Shown here: positions 18,035 to 28,523 of the stretch, piece after piece
Numbering within the stretch: the stretch's first letter is position 1
Layout of the letters: each line of letters starts with the position of its first letter
NCBI GenBank assembly: GCA_000002445.1
Contig: CP000071.1
Span: 1,248,001 to 1,312,000 of the forward strand
Direction of reading: 5' to 3'
DNA from: Trypanosoma brucei
Taxonomy: Eukaryota
Length of the DNA stretch: 64,000 nucleotides
Translations under genes and position numbers: made by a program
Notes under the pieces: model-generated
Databases searched by the model: none
Seen by the model: only the letters and a program-made list of their open reading frames with translations
What the model was told of the DNA's origin: nothing

Positions 18035-20854
18035 CTAAGCGGTAAAGGAAGGAGTAACAGTTTGTGAAGGAGTCGACAGGGAAAGGACTGCAGCCTCATA
18101 AAGAGAGAGAAGCACCATAAACTGATCCACTCTCAAGCGCTTCGTAGGTTCTAGTTCTAGAAGACCAGCTATCAGTCTCTGCATATGCAGCAGTTCTTGT
18201 GAATGTCTCGGCAGCGTGGGCATTACAGCTGCCCGTTCAGCAGCCTTTACGTAACAGTTTTGTGTGTGGTCCACATCAGACCGGCACTTTGGGTTTTGGC
18301 ATGGAGGATACAACCGCCGAGAGTACATCAGTTCGTATAATGTCGCCCCAAGGCTGTAACAATCGGTGGCGCGGCTACACATTTTGTGTTTGAGCGCGCG
18401 AAGGTCCATATAATCGTAGGTGCCAATAGCCCCCTTTACTCTATCACTATTTTTTGGCCCCACTATGCGACAATTACCAAAGTCACTCAGATAAAAAATA
18501 TATGGGCCGGGAACTGAATCACTCTGTGACCATAGTGCTGCCGGCTCCGTGGCCGGTCGACCTGAGGAGCCCAGTTGCGTCCCCGTCCCTAATGTACATT
18601 GCGTTTGTTCATATTGCTGTTGGGAATACTCTTGGGAGCACATACTTTTGCGTCTGTAAAGGATATTACTTGGCTTAACATCAAGATGCAAGATCCCAAA
18701 TTCGTGCATTGCTTGCAGTACCGTACCAACGCAAAAGCCAACGTCCCTGACGGCATCTGTGTTATGAGGAAAGTTTTCCAGGTCCCCATCGCACAAATCT
18801 GTTACAAGAAATATGGTTGCATCACACCGCATCGTATCCTCCGTGGTTATGGTCAAAAACCGCGGTAATCTCACACTTTCACCTTGTTTACCCCCATCCA
18901 AACTCCCGTTCACGTCACTGTTTGACCATTTCTCTCCGTATTCATCTTCCCTTCCATCAGGTAGTATTCGTTGCGCCTGACACAACTGTTCCCCCTGTGG
19001 GACAAGTGATCCTTGCCATTTCACGGAGATTGCGACATCGGGAGGAAGACACTCTTGGCCCTGCACAAAGAAGGCACTATGGAGTGGAAGAACGTATGGG
19101 ACTCCGTGCTTTCCCAAAAAGCGCATGACGACGACTTCGCGCAAAGTAGAAAGTGCATCGCTAACGCTGCCTCGACTCTGCAAACTTAAAGGACACGACT
19201 TCACAGCGACAACATCTCCTCTCAACGTACGGCAACGCCATACGAACCCAAAACTACCCTCGCCAACATATTCAACATCCTTGAACGCACCCCAGAACAC
19301 TCCTTCTTCAAGACAGTATTTTTTTGAAATGACGTGTTCCACTGCCTCATAAAACGATTCACGAGTAAAGGTTGTGTGAAATAACGGACGCAACTCTTCT
19401 ACAAGACGAGTATCTCTCAAAGTGCTGAATTCGTGATCCACCGGCGTACTTTCACTCACTGCTTCCGCACTACTGACCTTCATTGTGCTCGACATAACGG
19501 AGAAGCTATTCAAATCAACGGGTTTACACCGTTCAGTAGGAAAAAGGAGATCCAATATACTACCCGTTGGTGAAAATGTTTCTTTCCATTGGGGACATGT
19601 TGATGGTTTTGGCTCCGGCGTGTGGTTTTCAGGGGAAGGCAAATCCTCGGCGAGGCAATCGCGCGGACCTCCTCCATTCGCCGTGGCGGTGACGAGTTGG
19701 GCTGCCCCTGTCGCTGGTGTCTCTGCTCTGCTGCTACTATCACTATCACTGTCATCAACAAGGATGTATTCTCTGCCACCACTACTGGCACATGAGCAAT
19801 AGCTTTGGCACGTCGCAAAAAGATGATCATCAGAAAATGCAATGGACGATTGTTGCGTGGAAGGTAGAGGCGGTAGTGGTGACGCCGTATTTGCTGCAGC
19901 TCCTCGAAGGGTGACTTTTGTGGTGTGGTCTTCATCAGACGATGCATAGCTATCATCACAAATAGTGTAGTTGCTTGTAGATGAACTTCCTCCGCGCGGA
20001 CCCGTTCCATGGGCACGTAGAGGTTCTTTGCGCTCGCGAGGCGTTTGGTCAAGCACCCCTGAAGCGGCATACCGACACTGGTTTTCTCGAAGCTGTTCAC
20101 CGCGGGTGAATGATGGTGCATTATGCTCTCCCCTGGCAGTAGACCAAGTGCCGTGCGATTCCTCTGACCTCCCCGGAAAATATGACGTCGTACATAGCGC
20201 ATCCTCAGCATCGTCGACGTCTTCGAAGGAAATACAATGCCCTTTCGAGGGCTTGGTGAGTCTTGTGGTTGTTATATGCCGGACAGGGGCAGCTAAATGG
20301 CGGTCGACTGTGGTGGAAGTGGCACTACCCACACCCTTCACCCAGCCCATTTTGCCATATGCAGGACTAATCCCAGTGTTGGCGACTAAAGCGTTACTGC
20401 AACCAAAACTACCGCTACTCCCCTCTTCCTCACGTGCTGAGAGGCGCTCTGCCACATACGCGATGGGGCGGGGTGAAGTATTAGAGTTTTGAGCGGTACC
20501 CCTGCAATCTCTGAACCGGTGATGTGAGGTCATCATAGCACCCCAGCCGTCCACACATGACCCCATGCGATGAGGCATGAACCTCGATACTGAAGGAGTT
20601 CCGGCCCCAATTACTGATGGTCGCACATTATGGGAGGATACAACACCGCTTCCACCTGCTGCAGCTCCTACTGATATTGCTATTTCTGGATTTGACAGAA
20701 GTGACTCCCTACCCGACACCTCATTCGGTACGGCTTCATTGTCGTCACTGCAACTGATACTCCAGCTGCGTTCACGATTCCGTTTGGTTTGACGTAATCC
20801 CATCGAGGAGTTCGCTGTTGAGGTACCCCCCTGTGGTCGTCTGATTTCACTCAT
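18035..20854 (-). CDS. Ser/Thr protein kinase (non-RD type) with long Ser-rich N-terminal region and large kinase-domain inserts
   Basis: The C-terminal half has a Gly loop GEGSFGFVWRC, VAVK, the catalytic loop HLDVKPSNILY (HLD rather than HRD), DFG in YLSDFGNCRIV and subdomain IX DCYSLGATLYELM. There are 60-70-aa insertions before the hinge and between the catalytic loop and DFG. The N-terminal roughly 500 aa are S/T/G-rich and disordered. Confidence 0.85.
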   Translation of the reverse strand: MSEIRRPQGGTSTANSSMGLRQTKRNRERSWSISCSDDNEAVPNEVSGRESLLSNPEIAISVGAAAGGSGVVSSHNVRPSVIGAGTPSVSRFMPHRMGSCVDGWGAMMTSHHRFRDCRGTAQNSNTSPRPIAYVAERLSAREEEGSSGSFGCSNALVANTGISPAYGKMGWVKGVGSATSTTVDRHLAAPVRHITTTRLTKPSKGHCISFEDVDDAEDALCTTSYFPGRSEESHGTWSTARGEHNAPSFTRGEQLRENQCRYAASGVLDQTPRERKEPLRAHGTGPRGGSSSTSNYTICDDSYASSDEDHTTKVTLRGAAANTASPLPPLPSTQQSSIAFSDDHLFATCQSYCSCASSGGREYILVDDSDSDSSSRAETPATGAAQLVTATANGGGPRDCLAEDLPSPENHTPEPKPSTCPQWKETFSPTGSILDLLFPTERCKPVDLNSFSVMSSTMKVSSAEAVSESTPVDHEFSTLRDTRLVEELRPLFHTTFTRESFYEAVEHVISKKYCLEEGVFWGAFKDVEYVGEGSFGFVWRCRTLRGDVVAVKSCPLSLQSRGSVSDALSTLREVVVMRFLGKHGVPYVLPLHSAFFVQGQECLPPDVAISVKWQGSLVPQGEQLCQAQRILPDGREDEYGEKWSNSDVNGSLDGGKQGESVRLPRFLTITTEDTMRCDATIFLVTDLCDGDLENFPHNTDAVRDVGFCVGTVLQAMHEFGILHLDVKPSNILYRRKSMCSQEYSQQQYEQTQCTLGTGTQLGSSGRPATEPAALWSQSDSVPGPYIFYLSDFGNCRIVGPKNSDRVKGAIGTYDYMDLRALKHKMCSRATDCYSLGATLYELMYSRRLYPPCQNPKCRSDVDHTQNCYVKAAERAAVMPTLPRHSQELLHMQRLIAGLLELEPTKRLRVDQFMVLLSLYEAAVLSLSTPSQTVTPSFTA

Positions 20855-21012
20855 TATCCTACAAATACCGCCCTTGACTTATTAATAGTTGGTCACCTCC
20901 TCCTTACTTTCACTTTTCCACTGAGGCTCCTTACCCACAGGTGATGAAACTTATAATAAGGGTAAGGAAGAACATGGGATAGCGGCAACAACATTAAAAA
21001 TGTTGCGAAAGT

Positions 21013-21024
21013 AAAAAAAAAAAA
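21013..21024 (-). promoter_or_regulatory. Putative polypyrimidine tract (U12) upstream of the protein kinase gene
   Basis: A12 on the plus strand is T12 on the coding strand, about 160 nt 5' of the kinase start at 20854. Confidence 0.3.
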
Positions 21025-21509
21025 GGACGGTGCGCAGTGGACGGCTCTCCGCTTACACGAGTTCGCCCACGGGCAACGGAACCAAGGAAAGAACTCTACT
21101 AAAAAAAAAAACAGCCTGTAAACAGGGCAGTGAAAGTCCTCATAACTCTACACACACCCACGCATGCACACACCCACAAACCAATAAACTCGAAGCACCG
21201 CAACTGCAATGGAACAATATGGAAAAAACAAACAAATATGGAAGGAGAATTCGAGTAGCAAGGGCAACAGCGAAGGCACCGCACAAGCGGGTATGTGGAT
21301 GTACGCACCTCTCTCTCCCTCTCTTTCTCTACCATGCAACAAAACAAAATGATTTAGATGAGAACGTGCCAGACATTGTGAAGTTATGGAAACAACAGCG
21401 GGAAGAAGCGTGGGGGCTCGCATGTATGGTTTAAAAAAAAAAAGCTCCTGGGAGAATACATATCCACATCTGTGGTTGCCTCCGTGTAAAACCCCAAATA
21501 GACCTTGGC

Positions 21510-23435
21510 TTACGTGGAGGATCCCCAAGCAGCATCATATGTCTCGAGTAGCCACTCCAGCTCCATGCAGCTCAAATCCGCACACACGGCACCACTAAGT
21601 TTCTGCAATTGACTTTCCACGTGTAATAAATGATGGCAGCCACCGCAGGAGCAGCAGCTACAAGCCTCAAGTTGGCGCTCAGTCTCGTCGTTCGGTGCGC
21701 CATGGCGTTGCTTTACGTAATACAACAATTCAAGAGGCAACGTAAAAGCATGGGGAACGGTGAGTCGTTGAAGAGCCCACAAGGCTCTAACTGAAAGTGC
21801 CGCATCATCACAATCTTCTCCCATAGTCGAGTGATGGAGAAGGAGTTGCAATTCCTCTGTTAGCGAAGTCTCAAATACCCCGCGGTCGTCGGTGTTAAAG
21901 GAGATATTAGCCATAGTCGTCTTATACCCTTCTTCATTGTCGGAGGTTTCCTTCCAGAATATCAAACGACGCTTCACCCGGCACCTCATGGCTTCAGCGA
22001 GCTGCACACTGTCCAATAAAATATCGATAAGTCGTGGCGTATTTTCCCTTACGTCCTCAACATTACGCCCCCACTCTTGTTGCTGGGCGGACATTATTTG
22101 TGTCAAATGATGTTTCTCCACGGAAGAATACCCACCAGTGAGAAGATTACTTGACAGGCACAATTCGATAGGATCATACCGCGCTGTTATAGTCTTGAGG
22201 TTCGCAGGATCTGTGAACACGAGGTGGCCCCAGCGATCGGGGGCAAACCCAACTATTTCGGTGAGTTCTGCCGTATCCGGCTTCTCACCGGCGTGAATCG
22301 TAATCCCAAGCGGCGAACGGTTGGTAACAACCCCGCCATTCCCGTCCCGACCCCGTCGAACTTCGCTCAGTGCGGGAACGAATTCAGTAAAAGAGTTTTT
22401 GCCGCAATAACCGGAGAAATCCATTCCAGTCACCCAACATGTTCGTCTAATCACATCCCACAACCGCGACTCCACGTCTGATATGGCTGAACCGTCCACT
22501 ACGCCGGAAGTGCGGCATTCCGCGCACATTTGCCGTTCGCTTTCGAAGAAGTTTTCCAGCTGCTCGTGTTGCAGTTTCTTGGCAAGAAGCGCTACCTCCA
22601 TCGCCACTTCACCACCATGGCTTCGGTTTAGAGACACGAGAAGTCGAACATGCATTCTGTGCTGGAGATGATAGCGGAGTTTGCCCCACCACTTCAATCC
22701 CATATCCTCACTGGAAGTGCCTCCATCAAAAAATGACGGGTATAACCGCTGGAACTCGGCCCACCACTCAGTGGTTGGTGATTCACTTATAGGAAGGAGG
22801 TTTCCAGTGTCAAATGCCACCAACCCGCCATTTAAAATGTGCTGAACGGTAGAAGTAACCGCCTCCAGATATGCTTCTTTACTGACGCACTCCGAGTTTA
22901 CGGAAGCCACTGAGGCGGCAGCAGTTTTATAAAGCTTCTCCCGCAGCGATGTCCGTATCTCAAGAAGAACAATATTTTCTGCTGCAGAGTGCAGAAGCAA
23001 ATCCTGCACAGCCATCCGCGTGAATGCGAGGTTGTTTACCACCTTATATATATTATCAAACACAGTAAAGCAGTACTTCATTCGTTCGCTCGGTGAATCC
23101 AGTTGTTTGAGTCCTCCTTCTCCGCTCTTAAAATTTCGCGGATGTAGCTCTGCATCAACATCCTCTGAAGAAGTTGCATCTTCCTCGCGTTTTCCCTGCG
23201 CCGCACGTTGTAATTCTTCCATGTGAGAAAGCAGTGGAGTGCTGATACTCCCGTTGAGGTGGCAATGCAAGTCAACTTTTGGAATGGCAGAAGCATCAAT
23301 TTCATCACAACTACCAACCCTCTGCGCCCAAGCACGTGCAAAGTCATATAACCGCCCCTCCATTCCGATTTCGGTGCGTCCCAAGAAATTGGCCTCTCTG
23401 TTGAGCCGTTTATTCCAAATGGTGTGAACTAACAC
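21510..23435 (-). CDS. Adenosine/AMP deaminase-family metallohydrolase (ADA-like) with C-terminal Cys/His-rich extension
   Basis: ADA signature motifs are present: KVDLHCHLNGSIS (the H-x-H metal ligands), ITIHAGE (the HAGE motif) and SFNTDDRGVF (compare SLNTDDP). At 641 aa it is much longer than canonical ADA (about 360 aa), with inserts and a C-terminal CSCCSCGGCHHLLH cluster. Confidence 0.8.
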   Translation of the reverse strand: MLVHTIWNKRLNREANFLGRTEIGMEGRLYDFARAWAQRVGSCDEIDASAIPKVDLHCHLNGSISTPLLSHMEELQRAAQGKREEDATSSEDVDAELHPRNFKSGEGGLKQLDSPSERMKYCFTVFDNIYKVVNNLAFTRMAVQDLLLHSAAENIVLLEIRTSLREKLYKTAAASVASVNSECVSKEAYLEAVTSTVQHILNGGLVAFDTGNLLPISESPTTEWWAEFQRLYPSFFDGGTSSEDMGLKWWGKLRYHLQHRMHVRLLVSLNRSHGGEVAMEVALLAKKLQHEQLENFFESERQMCAECRTSGVVDGSAISDVESRLWDVIRRTCWVTGMDFSGYCGKNSFTEFVPALSEVRRGRDGNGGVVTNRSPLGITIHAGEKPDTAELTEIVGFAPDRWGHLVFTDPANLKTITARYDPIELCLSSNLLTGGYSSVEKHHLTQIMSAQQQEWGRNVEDVRENTPRLIDILLDSVQLAEAMRCRVKRRLIFWKETSDNEEGYKTTMANISFNTDDRGVFETSLTEELQLLLHHSTMGEDCDDAALSVRALWALQRLTVPHAFTLPLELLYYVKQRHGAPNDETERQLEACSCCSCGGCHHLLHVESQLQKLSGAVCADLSCMELEWLLETYDAAWGSST

Positions 23436-23606
23436 GGTTGTATTTGGTCAAACAGTTTAATAATAAATGTTCCCTCCTTCGATCACCTTCACCTTCAATG
23501 CTCACTGGTTGTGCGATATCAAATGATCCACTTTTCGCCAATGTTTATGTGTAGGACCCCTCTGCGTACACCTGTTCCGCCACTGCAGGAAGAGGAACAA
23601 TGCTTT

Positions 23607-23618
23607 AAAAAAAAAAAA
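23607..23618 (-). promoter_or_regulatory. Putative polypyrimidine (U12) trans-splicing/polyadenylation signal upstream of the ADA-like gene
   Basis: A12 on the plus strand is T12 on the coding strand, about 175 nt 5' of the 23435 start codon. In kinetoplastids, poly(Y) tracts followed by AG direct splice-leader addition and upstream polyadenylation. This is inferred from position and composition only. Confidence 0.35.
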
Positions 23619-24379
23619 GCAACAAACCGCTCACGCGATACCACGCCTCAGTTTTTAAGAGATGTTGGAAGCGGGACAAAGACAAAACACGGGAAAGAAG
23701 GGCGGATGTTTGGGTAAGCACTAACGCGAGGTACGGCAGTGTACGGCCGGCAAATTCCGAAGGGAAGTGATCGCATATCAACTGTAACAAAACCTGGTGG
23801 TGGCACTTCTTTTAGAAATAGCACAGTCCACCACGAAGAATGTTAAGAAAGAAGTGTTAGTGATAAGCGATGGGCAGTCAGTCGAACCAAAGCTGAAGCA
23901 GAACCGATGGAAGGAGGACCTGAGGAGACAACATTAACAATACCACCGACTACCCCCATCCCCCCACAACATCGGGGTAACTTTTAATATGTGCACGACG
24001 GCAAAAAAAAAAAGGGGGGGGGAAATTGTGAACATTGAGACAAAACCTATGTGCCACCAACGCTTAAACCCCACTCTTTCCCTTCATTTCATTTCCGCTC
24101 CATCCACCTTCCACAGAAACCGCCTCGTTCAGTAATCTCAGACCCCCTCCTTCTTCTTCCTCTCCTCCCTCTCCATATTCTTTCTTACCCACCCTTCTTT
24201 CTCCCCATCCATGTTTCGTTGTATCACCTTCTTCTCTTTCACACGCATTCATATTTCAATACCATCGCTCCTTTTCCTCTCCATCCCCATCCCTCTCACC
24301 TCCAACCTCACGCCCTTTTCTCCTCTTTTTTCTTTTTATTCTTTGCTTGTTTTCCAACTCCCATCACATTCATCGTTGT

Positions 24380-24754
24380 TTAGTGGCCACCGCCGCCAAC
24401 TATACGAAAGATTTGGTTCGAGATGTACCACTGACTTCCTTCCTGGGCCAAATGAAAAACATCATTGAACTTCAGAGGATGGCTCTCACCCTTCAGCAGT
24501 ACTTCACCATTCACCACGACAAGGACACCACCGCTGAGTGATGGGTGACAATCGATATCTTCTGTCTTAAAAAGTGCTTCATCAAAGCTTAGGTTGGCGA
24601 AACGGGCCATAATATTCTCACCCCCTTGGATTTGCTCACCAACCCAAGTCATGAGGGAAGTTGGGCGATACACACCAGCAAGTTGCGTGCGGTTCTTTGA
24701 GAAGAACTCGTAGTACTGACGGATGAATCCCGTTCCAATCTCTTGAAAGGACAT
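24380..24754 (-). CDS. NTF2: Nuclear transport factor 2 (NTF2)
   Basis: The 124-aa ORF has the NTF2 fold hallmarks IGTGFIRQYYEFFSKNRTQLAGVYRPTSLMTWVGEQIQG...LSGGVLVVVNGEVLLKGESHPLKFNDVFHLAQEGSQWYISNQIFRI, and both its size and motif layout are typical of NTF2. Confidence 0.9.
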   Translation of the reverse strand: MSFQEIGTGFIRQYYEFFSKNRTQLAGVYRPTSLMTWVGEQIQGGENIMARFANLSFDEALFKTEDIDCHPSLSGGVLVVVNGEVLLKGESHPLKFNDVFHLAQEGSQWYISNQIFRIVGGGGH

Positions 24755-24829
24755 TGTTTGTTGTCTATTTCAGTCTGTGATTTACACCACTCTTAATGTT
24801 TGACTTCTTATTGGTCTTTTTTCCTTTTC

Positions 24830-24843
24830 AAAAAAAAAAAAAA
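24830..24843 (-). promoter_or_regulatory. Putative polypyrimidine tract (U14) upstream of NTF2
   Basis: A14 on the plus strand is T14 on the coding strand, about 75 nt 5' of the NTF2 start at 24754. Confidence 0.35.
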
Positions 24844-25503
24844 CAAACCTCGCTTCAATTAATTCTTCTTTTGTGTTGTTTTTAGCTTGCCTGGAGGTAA
24901 TAGCAACGGCAGCAAATGTTTAAAATTGGCGTGGGCAGAAGAAGGGAAAAGAAGCAACAACACTTACGCACTGTAGACTCACTAAAGATAACCATCACAA
25001 CAACAACTAAAATGACTCTCTCTCTCTTTCTCTTTATTTATTTATTTTTGCCTCCTTTTCCTTTAGCATATAGAACCCCCTCCCCTCACTATGCAGAGGT
25101 CATTACAGTTATCCCACCATACAAATTTAATCGAATAATAGACACACACAGTAATCATGTGCACAGCACCCACCTGCGGTACAACAACTCATTCCACCAA
25201 ATCGATCCTGCAACGTTTTCTCATCCTTCAATTCTCTCATTGCCTCTTTCTTTGATTTTACTGCTTGCTAGCGCTCACAACATAAGGACAAGAGCAGCGC
25301 TTTTGGATTAACCGTGCATCCCCACTCGTCACGGTTTGTTACCAACGAACATGGAACTATAAATAACCTCAACCACCGTCTCACAATGAAAAATAAAAAA
25401 CGGCAACGCGAGCACCTGAAGCTCTATCGGCCATTCTTACTTTTGTATTTGTGTGGGTTTATGTATGAAAAAGAGGAATGAAATAATGTCTGCTTGTCAC
25501 CAC

Positions 25504-26079
25504 TCATTCCTTTCTGTGCCGGTTCTTTGGGTTTGCGTACTCTTCTATTGATAACCAACCATTTGCTTCTGCTTCAGCAAATGCCTCCGGGAATGCAGCC
25601 TTTTCCCAACGGAGGTAATTCACTACTTGGCGTTGCAGTTGCCGTGGATTTAATTGATAGGGATTTAACTTTCTGTCCAATGACATGGCCTTGAAATCTG
25701 TTTGGTGCTTGCGTATGAGGTTTGCCATCGTGACGGCCTCTTCTTCGCTGATACGCCTGACCTGTAGTGTTCCTTTACGTTGCTGTCGCAGTTCCTCCAA
25801 TTCATTTTCCTCTTCGAGCCGCCGTGTGGGTTGCGACGGTTCATCCACTATTTTTTTTGGTGTAATGCTCGGATCTTTTGCGAGTCCGAGACTCTTAAAG
25901 TTGCTGGAGGCGGTACTGAAGCGCTTAAAATACTTTTTGGTGAAGTAATTGTTAGATCCGGCCTTATCAATTTGGTGAAGATGGGCGAAGCGGCGCTTGA
26001 GATATTTCTTTCGTCCACTGCGCGTGATCGGAATATTTTTCTTCGCCTTCCCCTTAGGTGTCACCCTAATTCGCCCCAT
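25504..26079 (-). CDS. NOP16: Nucleolar ribosome-biogenesis protein NOP16
   Basis: The 191-aa basic protein has the C-terminal HQTDFKAMSLDRKLNPYQLNPRQLQRQVVNYLRWEKAAFPEAF, which matches the NOP16 family (human EDYKAMARDEKNYYQDTPKQIRSKINVYKRFYPAEWQ). It has a Lys/Arg-rich N-terminus. Confidence 0.65.
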   Translation of the reverse strand: MGRIRVTPKGKAKKNIPITRSGRKKYLKRRFAHLHQIDKAGSNNYFTKKYFKRFSTASSNFKSLGLAKDPSITPKKIVDEPSQPTRRLEEENELEELRQQRKGTLQVRRISEEEAVTMANLIRKHQTDFKAMSLDRKLNPYQLNPRQLQRQVVNYLRWEKAAFPEAFAEAEANGWLSIEEYANPKNRHRKE

Positions 26080-26089
26080 GCTTCCTTCC

Positions 26090-26135
26090 TTCCCCGAATA
26101 ATAATAATAATTATTATTATAATTACTACAACAAC
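26090..26135. repeat. (AAT/ATT)n low-complexity tract, representative of the 2.4-kb AT- and trinucleotide-rich spacer 26080-28523
   Basis: taataataataattattattataattactacaacaacg. Similar (CAA)n, (ATA)n and (CAT)n runs occur at 26625-26652, 26856-26880, 28253-28275 and 28396-28430. Confidence 0.8.
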
Positions 26136-28523
26136 GATTGCTGATGTCTCTGCGTTTGTCACTTTTCTTTTTGTTTTGCCGTGTGAGTTTAACTCACTTG
26201 CACCCTTCTCCCGTGTAGCAGATTAGCCGCTATTCCTTTCCCCCTTTTAATTATGCACAATAGCACATGCATAATGGGGACGAAGTGAAGTAAAAGATTA
26301 AGAAAAGAAAAAAAATTTAAAGGGAGGAGTTAAAAAAAAAAGATGTGAAATAAATGCAATGTGTGTAGTTTGTTATACACCATAACTTATTCAAAGCTAC
26401 CGCCATGCGGTTTCCCGCCATCATTTGACGGGCTTTTTTTTTTTGAGCCGCCGATTATTCGATGTTAGTTAAACATTCTTTTTTTTAAAAAAAAATCTGT
26501 GTTCAAACGCACATTCAACATCCCTGCACTCTGTGTTTTCTCCCGCTTTCTCATAACAACCACTAGTGGACCCACTGAAGAAAAACAAAATAAAAATAAG
26601 AAAAAGGAAAAGGAAACGAACAACAACAACAATAATAATAATAATACATAATTTCCCCCCTTAAAAGTAGTGTGTCGCCAACACTAATAATTGAGGTAAC
26701 CGTATCTATCACATAGATAATGTTACTGCAATATGAGAAGGCGAAAAAAAGAAAAGAAAGAAAGAAAGAAAAAAGTGTCGAGAACAGCAATTCAATGCAA
26801 TGCAAAGTAGTCGATCGTGTAGCACGCGGCAGCTGAGTGACGAAAGACAAGGTGTAATAATAATAATAATAATAATAATGACAAATGAAATATTTCATAA
26901 AATGAAAAAGAAAAGAAAACAACAACAACAAAAACAAAAAGGATCACTGAAGAGACGAGCAGGCGCTTTCACATGCTTTCACAATTGCATGAAAATATTA
27001 ATACAAAAACAAAACAAACAAATAAATATATACTGAAGACTTCTTTCAGTATACGTGATCACATGACATAAACCAATTAACAACGAGTACCTCAAAACAA
27101 GAAAAAGAAAAAAAAAAGAAAAACGAAAGCTGTAAAAGTGTGCAGCCAAGTAAAGAATTTATTCTATACTTTTCTTCTCTTTTTGGAAAATGTATAAGAG
27201 GAAGGAAAAGGGAGTCGGGGAGAGGGGAAGTGAATTAAAAGAAGTGACAACGAAACAAACAAAAAAAAAACAGCAACACAGTATACCCACTGTGAAGGTG
27301 AAATATGTTACAAAACAATAATAATGACAACAACAGGCTGCGAGTGAGTTCCCCTCCATCATCCTTTAAAAAAAAATGAATAATTTCATGCAGCAGAATT
27401 CAACCCAAAAACATATTTGTTTTCTTTTTATTTTGGATTTCCCCCTCCAGTTTCTTTCATATTTCCATGTTCCCCTTGTTGGTAAAACTCTGCACATGTT
27501 CATTATTTTGTTTTGTGTCATTGGTCGGAAAAAAAAACGCAAATAAGTCAAATAATCCCCTATCTCCTGAAAAAAAAAAGAAAACAGAACTTCAAGATGA
27601 GAAATAAAAGAAACGGTGGGGTAAAACGGAATGGAAGCCACTAAAACCCTCCCCCCTTTTTTATCATCGCAGCCAATAGAGCAAACAGACAAAAGAAAAC
27701 ATGGAAGGAAACGAGACATAAAAAAAAAACAAAAAAAAAAAATAGCTTCAATATTCATTTGCGCATGCAAACAATACAGGCGCCGCAAGTCTTTCTTCAC
27801 GTGGTCTCTTCTTCCCTTCCTTTTTTTTTGCAATATAAATTCTCTTCCCCTCTTCCTCCTATCAATGTACCCAAAGCAAACAAACACACAAATAAACAAA
27901 CACGTATATGGCATCAATAATATATATATATATATATGTATATTCATTTACACTGACACATATTTATATATGTGGATACAGATATATGCATGTATATATA
28001 AATATGTATATGTATATTCATGTGCTTGCGTGTAGTTTTTTTTAAATAAAAAACATATTTATACCCCTTCATCTTTTAATATATATATATATATTTGATC
28101 TGACCCTTCAGTTCTTTCAGGTCATTTTACTCAGTTAAACAATGTAAAAGATGAGCATCTCAACACCTAATGCCTTCCCTTTACTTTTCCCCCTTCACTT
28201 TAACTTTTTGCGTCTCACAAAGAACATACATTAGCATTAGGGGACAGCGGTACAACAACAACAACAACAATAATTAAAAAAACCCGCTGCCAATATGGTC
28301 AACTAACTAACCAACTAACCTTAAGAAAAAAAAAGAGAGCAAGCGCATGCCGAGAAAAAGTAGAGTGAACGAAGAAGAGAAATCCCAACAAATAATAATA
28401 CATGTATAACAATCATCATCATCATCATCATCTCGCGCATGAAACTAAGAAGAAAGGAGAACTCGAAACCTGTGGTCGTTGGAGGTTGCAGTAGCCACTA
28501 ATGATCGCGCAAACACAAGAAAG

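Noticed and set aside
19510-20211. 233-aa alternative-frame minus-strand ORF
   Set aside because: It is nested out of frame inside the protein kinase gene, and the kinase frame carries all the conserved motifs.
26080-28523. Possibility that the 2.4-kb low-complexity spacer hides a degenerate retroposon (RIME/ingi/SIDER-like)
   Set aside because: I see only simple trinucleotide and AT-rich tracts and no ORF remnants resembling reverse transcriptase or endonuclease. I cannot recall consensus ends well enough to call an element. A BLAST against kinetoplastid repeat libraries would be needed.
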